From: Patescibacteria group bacterium | GTDB taxonomy: Bacteria; Patescibacteriota; Patescibacteriia; PEXW01 | Assembly: GCA_041665345.1 (NCBI GenBank) | Contig: JBAYJA010000001.1 | Span: forward strand, 602,522-666,521 | Length of the DNA stretch: 64,000 nt | Direction of reading: 5' to 3' | Part shown: positions 60,944 through 64,000 of the stretch, piece by piece | Position numbering within the stretch: the first letter of the stretch is position 1 | Layout of the letters: each line of letters opens with the position of its first letter | Program-made: the position numbers and the translations under genes | The notes under the pieces: model-generated | Database searches by the model: none | Seen by the model: only the letters and a program-made list of their open reading frames with translations | Told to the model about the DNA's origin: nothing

Positions 60944-62506
60944 CTACTGGCTAAGTTCAACCAAGGTTATCCCATTGGGTCCCACCAACGGGCTGCTTTG
61001 CTTTCTGCCAGGAAATCGCTGGGATACCAAGTATTGCTGGTCAGGATTGGAAAGGGTGATGAACAACCGAGTACCAGCTGGCAAATTCGTATACTGTTCG
61101 TCGCCAGGTGGAATAGTGCCATCAAAACCAATTGCATGGCGGCGAGGGAAAACCAGTTTGTCCCGGCTTCCAGCCAGCACAACCGAACCAGCAGGAATCT
61201 GCTCCACTAACCACCGTGATTGTGCTTGGGCTTCTGCCACCCGCGGCCACGTGTGGAGGATGCCAATGGTTGAATCATTCAACACTAGCCACGTACTAAC
61301 CACAAGCATTGCTCCTCCCAGCACCCAGCTCAACCGCCAGGTGACCTGACTTTTCACCTGCAACTTTCCTAAGGCATACCCGCACCCGAGCGCTGCAAGC
61401 GGAACAAGTGGTAACCAGTACCGAAGGTAGGACAAGTCCAGCACTGGTTCACGAATCGCCGGGAACTCCACAAACTTGTAGTTCCCATAGAGAATAACCA
61501 GGAGCAGCCCTCCCACCAGCGAGCCACCCAGCACGGCTCGATGGGTTGGGTCTCTCCACTTTTGGAGTCCAAGCCAAAAAATGCCAACTGCTCCAGGGAT
61601 CAGGATGTACCCCAACGGCCCAACCGCGTATACTTTCAACCGCTCCCACGCCACTCCAGGTTTTGTCCCAAACGGAAAGAAGACATTCTTCACCTGCTGG
61701 AACGTGTTGAGTTCTTGCACAATTGGCGCCGGCGAAAAAGCACCGTTGGCTCGGTACCCAACCGCTGCCAGCTCACCGTACGTTTGCTTTTGGAAGACGA
61801 AGAGTGCAAGCATGGGCACCAGAGCAACCGCACCGGCGATGAGCGTCATGCGCCACGGAATGTGCTTCCACGAGAGCAGGGCAAAAACAATGAGACCAGG
61901 AACCACCCACGAGACTTCGCTGGGACGAATTGCCAGCATTGTTCCCCAGACCAAACCCGTAAGCATTGCACTCCCCCACCACCGCGTGCGCCAAGTCTGC
62001 TGCCCGCACCACAAACCCAGAATGAGCAGACTGGTGAACACGCCATTTTGCCACATCCCCCGACCGGCGTAGAACCAAAATGTGGGGAAGCTGGCAAGAA
62101 TAACAGTACTCCACCACGCAACCGCTGAGCCAAAACTTCGTTTAAGTAAGGACCACCAAGCAAGCATTGCTGTTGATGCTAAGGCGGGTCCAAACATGAG
62201 CATGCCAAACGTGCCCAAGACTTTTCCAATGAATCCAAGCAGGTGTGGGAAGAAGACGAAACTTCCTGGGACGAGCGCTGTGCCGTTATTCAGGACACTC
62301 CGAGATGCACCAGGGAGTACTGTTGGGATCTTCGTTTGACTGGTAGCCTTGTCCTGTTGGGCAAAACTGTAGTTTGCCGTTTCATCCGGGGAACTGAAGA
62401 CTGGCCACTGCAGAGTTTGCCAGGCTGGAATGCTGAACACCCCAAACAAGCCAAGCCAGATGGCGACTATCCCCAAGATACGTTTGACTGAAGGTGAAAG
62501 CTGCAT
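60944..62506 (-). CDS. Polytopic membrane protein, GT-C-like glycosyltransferase candidate (PMT/ArnT-like)
   Basis: ~12 predicted TM helices, a first loop containing SSPDETANY (Asp-Glu motif), and adjacency to rfbD. Confidence 0.45.
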   Translation of the reverse strand: MQLSPSVKRILGIVAIWLGLFGVFSIPAWQTLQWPVFSSPDETANYSFAQQDKATSQTKIPTVLPGASRSVLNNGTALVPGSFVFFPHLLGFIGKVLGTFGMLMFGPALASTAMLAWWSLLKRSFGSAVAWWSTVILASFPTFWFYAGRGMWQNGVFTSLLILGLWCGQQTWRTRWWGSAMLTGLVWGTMLAIRPSEVSWVVPGLIVFALLSWKHIPWRMTLIAGAVALVPMLALFVFQKQTYGELAAVGYRANGAFSPAPIVQELNTFQQVKNVFFPFGTKPGVAWERLKVYAVGPLGYILIPGAVGIFWLGLQKWRDPTHRAVLGGSLVGGLLLVILYGNYKFVEFPAIREPVLDLSYLRYWLPLVPLAALGCGYALGKLQVKSQVTWRLSWVLGGAMLVVSTWLVLNDSTIGILHTWPRVAEAQAQSRWLVEQIPAGSVVLAGSRDKLVFPRRHAIGFDGTIPPGDEQYTNLPAGTRLFITLSNPDQQYLVSQRFPGRKQSSPLVGPNGITLVELSQ

Positions 62507-62545
62507 ATTCGCATTCTAGCAGCCTCCCAAAGGCCAGCAATGGCT

Positions 62546-63403
62546 CTAGGCGGTGCCTGAGCCTTTCAAATAGTCTGCAAGTGCTTCCTGCCACGGACGC
62601 AGAGCAGGGAGCTTTGTCGTCTGTAATTGGGAAAACCCTGGCCGCTTTGCCGGTCGTGGGTACTTTTCGGGCGGGACAGGCGTCACCGGCACGGATCGCC
62701 CTGCCACCCGGAGAATTTCCTGGGCAAAAGTATACCAGGTGCACGCCCCGGCATTCGTCCGATGGTATATCCCAAAAGGTGCTTCAGATTGGACAAGGTG
62801 GAGCGTCGCCTCCGCGAGGTCAGGTGCATAGGTTGGGCTGGAAAATTCCGCTTCGACTACCTCAATAGTTGGCTGCTCTTTGGCTAGCTGGAGCATAACG
62901 TCCACAAAACTCCGTTTGGCATTTTCAGATTTCGCTGGTTTGCCAAAAAGTCGTGAGAGTCTGACGACGTAATGCTGTGGATTTTTTGCTGCCTCAAGTT
63001 CGCCGTCTGCTTTTGACTGCCCGTAAACACTCACGGGATCTGGGGTATCACTTTCCACATACCCACCCTGCTTTGTCCCGGCAAAAACGTAGTCTGTAGA
63101 AAAATGAACAAGAGTTGCGCCAAGTTCCGCACAGGTCGTGGCGAGATGTGCAACCGCGGTTGCATTGAGTAACTTTGCTTTCTCGGGAGCAACTTCAGCG
63201 CCATCAACATTGTTGTATGCCGCGCAGTTAATGACAATCTGTGGCTCCGCTGCGGTGAGTTTGACCGTGACACTTCGGCCATCAGTAATATCCAAATTCT
63301 CCATATCCCAGGCAACCACGTTGTACCCTGGATTTTCTGAAAACACCCGGACAATCTCTTGCCCTAGCATGCCTTTAGCACCGGTGACAATTACTTTTTG
63401 CAT
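62546..63403 (-). CDS. rfbD: dTDP-4-dehydrorhamnose reductase
   Basis: Rossmann motif VTGAKGMLG, the catalytic region HFSTDYVFAG, and typical size. Confidence 0.85.
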   Translation of the reverse strand: MQKVIVTGAKGMLGQEIVRVFSENPGYNVVAWDMENLDITDGRSVTVKLTAAEPQIVINCAAYNNVDGAEVAPEKAKLLNATAVAHLATTCAELGATLVHFSTDYVFAGTKQGGYVESDTPDPVSVYGQSKADGELEAAKNPQHYVVRLSRLFGKPAKSENAKRSFVDVMLQLAKEQPTIEVVEAEFSSPTYAPDLAEATLHLVQSEAPFGIYHRTNAGACTWYTFAQEILRVAGRSVPVTPVPPEKYPRPAKRPGFSQLQTTKLPALRPWQEALADYLKGSGTA

Positions 63404-63411
63404 CTCCTATT

Positions 63412-64000
63412 CTATTCCAAACTTACCATAGCTGTCTCCCGCACCGCTAGAATGATAGCCGCTTGTATTTTTTTCCAAGGTACTGGTAAGAGCATCCTCG
63501 GCATTGGTTCTGTTTCCGCATCCTCAAAGTAGACCAGGCTCTTCAGTATATGAGCGGTGTTAAAATGGACCGAGGAATACTTTTTGGAGAAAAGGGTAAA
63601 AAGTTTCGACAGATTGTACTCCTGTAGTAAAAAATAAAGATCAACAAAATCTTTCTTGCTGCCACGGTCAGAGATGGCATCGAGCTTCATACAGGCAATA
63701 TCTCGTCGATCAGCAAGGGACACTCCCTGATCTTTCAGAAATGGAAAAAGGAGCCTGTACCGATACGCAAAAAAACTTACTTTTACCCCATCAACCCGAG
63801 CAATGAGAGTGTCAGCTTCCTGCAGCACCGGTTCGTATCTGCCGAGTGATTGCAGGCACTTGCGCAGAACCGGAACAGAAAAATGCTTCGGGGTAAAAAA
63901 GTCTAAATCTACCGAGACACGATGACCTAGCTGCAATGCCAAGGCTGTACCCCCAGCCAGGTAAAATGCCTTCAGGGACGGTTCGCGCCCTATCGTTGCG
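63412..64000 (-). CDS. AbiEii/AbiGii-family nucleotidyltransferase (DUF1814, type IV TA toxin-like), 5' end beyond window
   Basis: The in-frame upstream translation continues to the window edge (..KAFYLAGGTALALQLGHRVSVDLDFF..). The GGTAL...S(V)DLDFF nucleotidyltransferase motif is typical of AbiEii. The listed ORF TTG start is internal. Confidence 0.5.
   Translation of the reverse strand, partial: ATIGREPSLKAFYLAGGTALALQLGHRVSVDLDFFTPKHFSVPVLRKCLQSLGRYEPVLQEADTLIARVDGVKVSFFAYRYRLLFPFLKDQGVSLADRRDIACMKLDAISDRGSKKDFVDLYFLLQEYNLSKLFTLFSKKYSSVHFNTAHILKSLVYFEDAETEPMPRMLLPVPWKKIQAAIILAVRETAMVSLE

Overview
This 64-kb window is a dense, mostly housekeeping stretch of a bacterial chromosome, with ~55-60 protein-coding genes and no rRNA, tRNA, CRISPR array or recognisable transposon. 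I infer, with low confidence, a small-genome Gram-positive-like or Patescibacteria/CPR-type organism from the gene content, the compact rearranged dcw cluster, and sigma70 promoters of the form TTGACA-N16/17-TATACT.

Recognisable content:
- Aminoacyl-tRNA synthetases: lysS, serS, gltX.
- Translation: def-fmt, rpmA, rplI, hpf, mnmA.
- Transcription and replication: greA, and a PriA-like primosomal protein with degenerate helicase motifs.
- Cell-wall/division (dcw) cluster: murA, mraY, a PgeF-MurD fusion, ftsW, murG, murC and murB, plus alr, an M23 peptidase, an L,D-transpeptidase and an FtsQ-like gene located elsewhere.
- Sec machinery: secA, secD and secF, with a parvulin-type PPIase domain inserted in SecD.
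- A type IV pilus assembly locus pilB-pilC-pilM-pilN-pilO without a pilin or prepilin peptidase in the window.
- pyrG, ctpA, a cyclophilin, and rfbD with several GT-C and GT2 glycosyltransferases.

The accessory, less explicable content is:
1. A promoter-driven three-gene operon downstream of secDF: a sigma-70 region-4 HTH protein with an unknown C-terminal domain, a single-pass membrane protein, and a VirD4/TraD-like coupling ATPase that lacks its transmembrane anchor and has a long Pro/Gln-rich tail.
2. A polyprenol-phosphate glycosylation module (GT2 plus a flippase-like/DUF2079 fusion) co-transcribed with a 653-aa soluble protein of unknown family.
3. Several orphan genes with strong promoter, ribosome-binding site and terminator signals (38115-39089, 59028-59537, 32746-32961).
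4. A partial AbiEii-family nucleotidyltransferase gene at the window edge.

All coordinates for hand-located motifs are approximate to within a few nt. Start codons are from the ORF track, adjusted where an internal start is clearly better.
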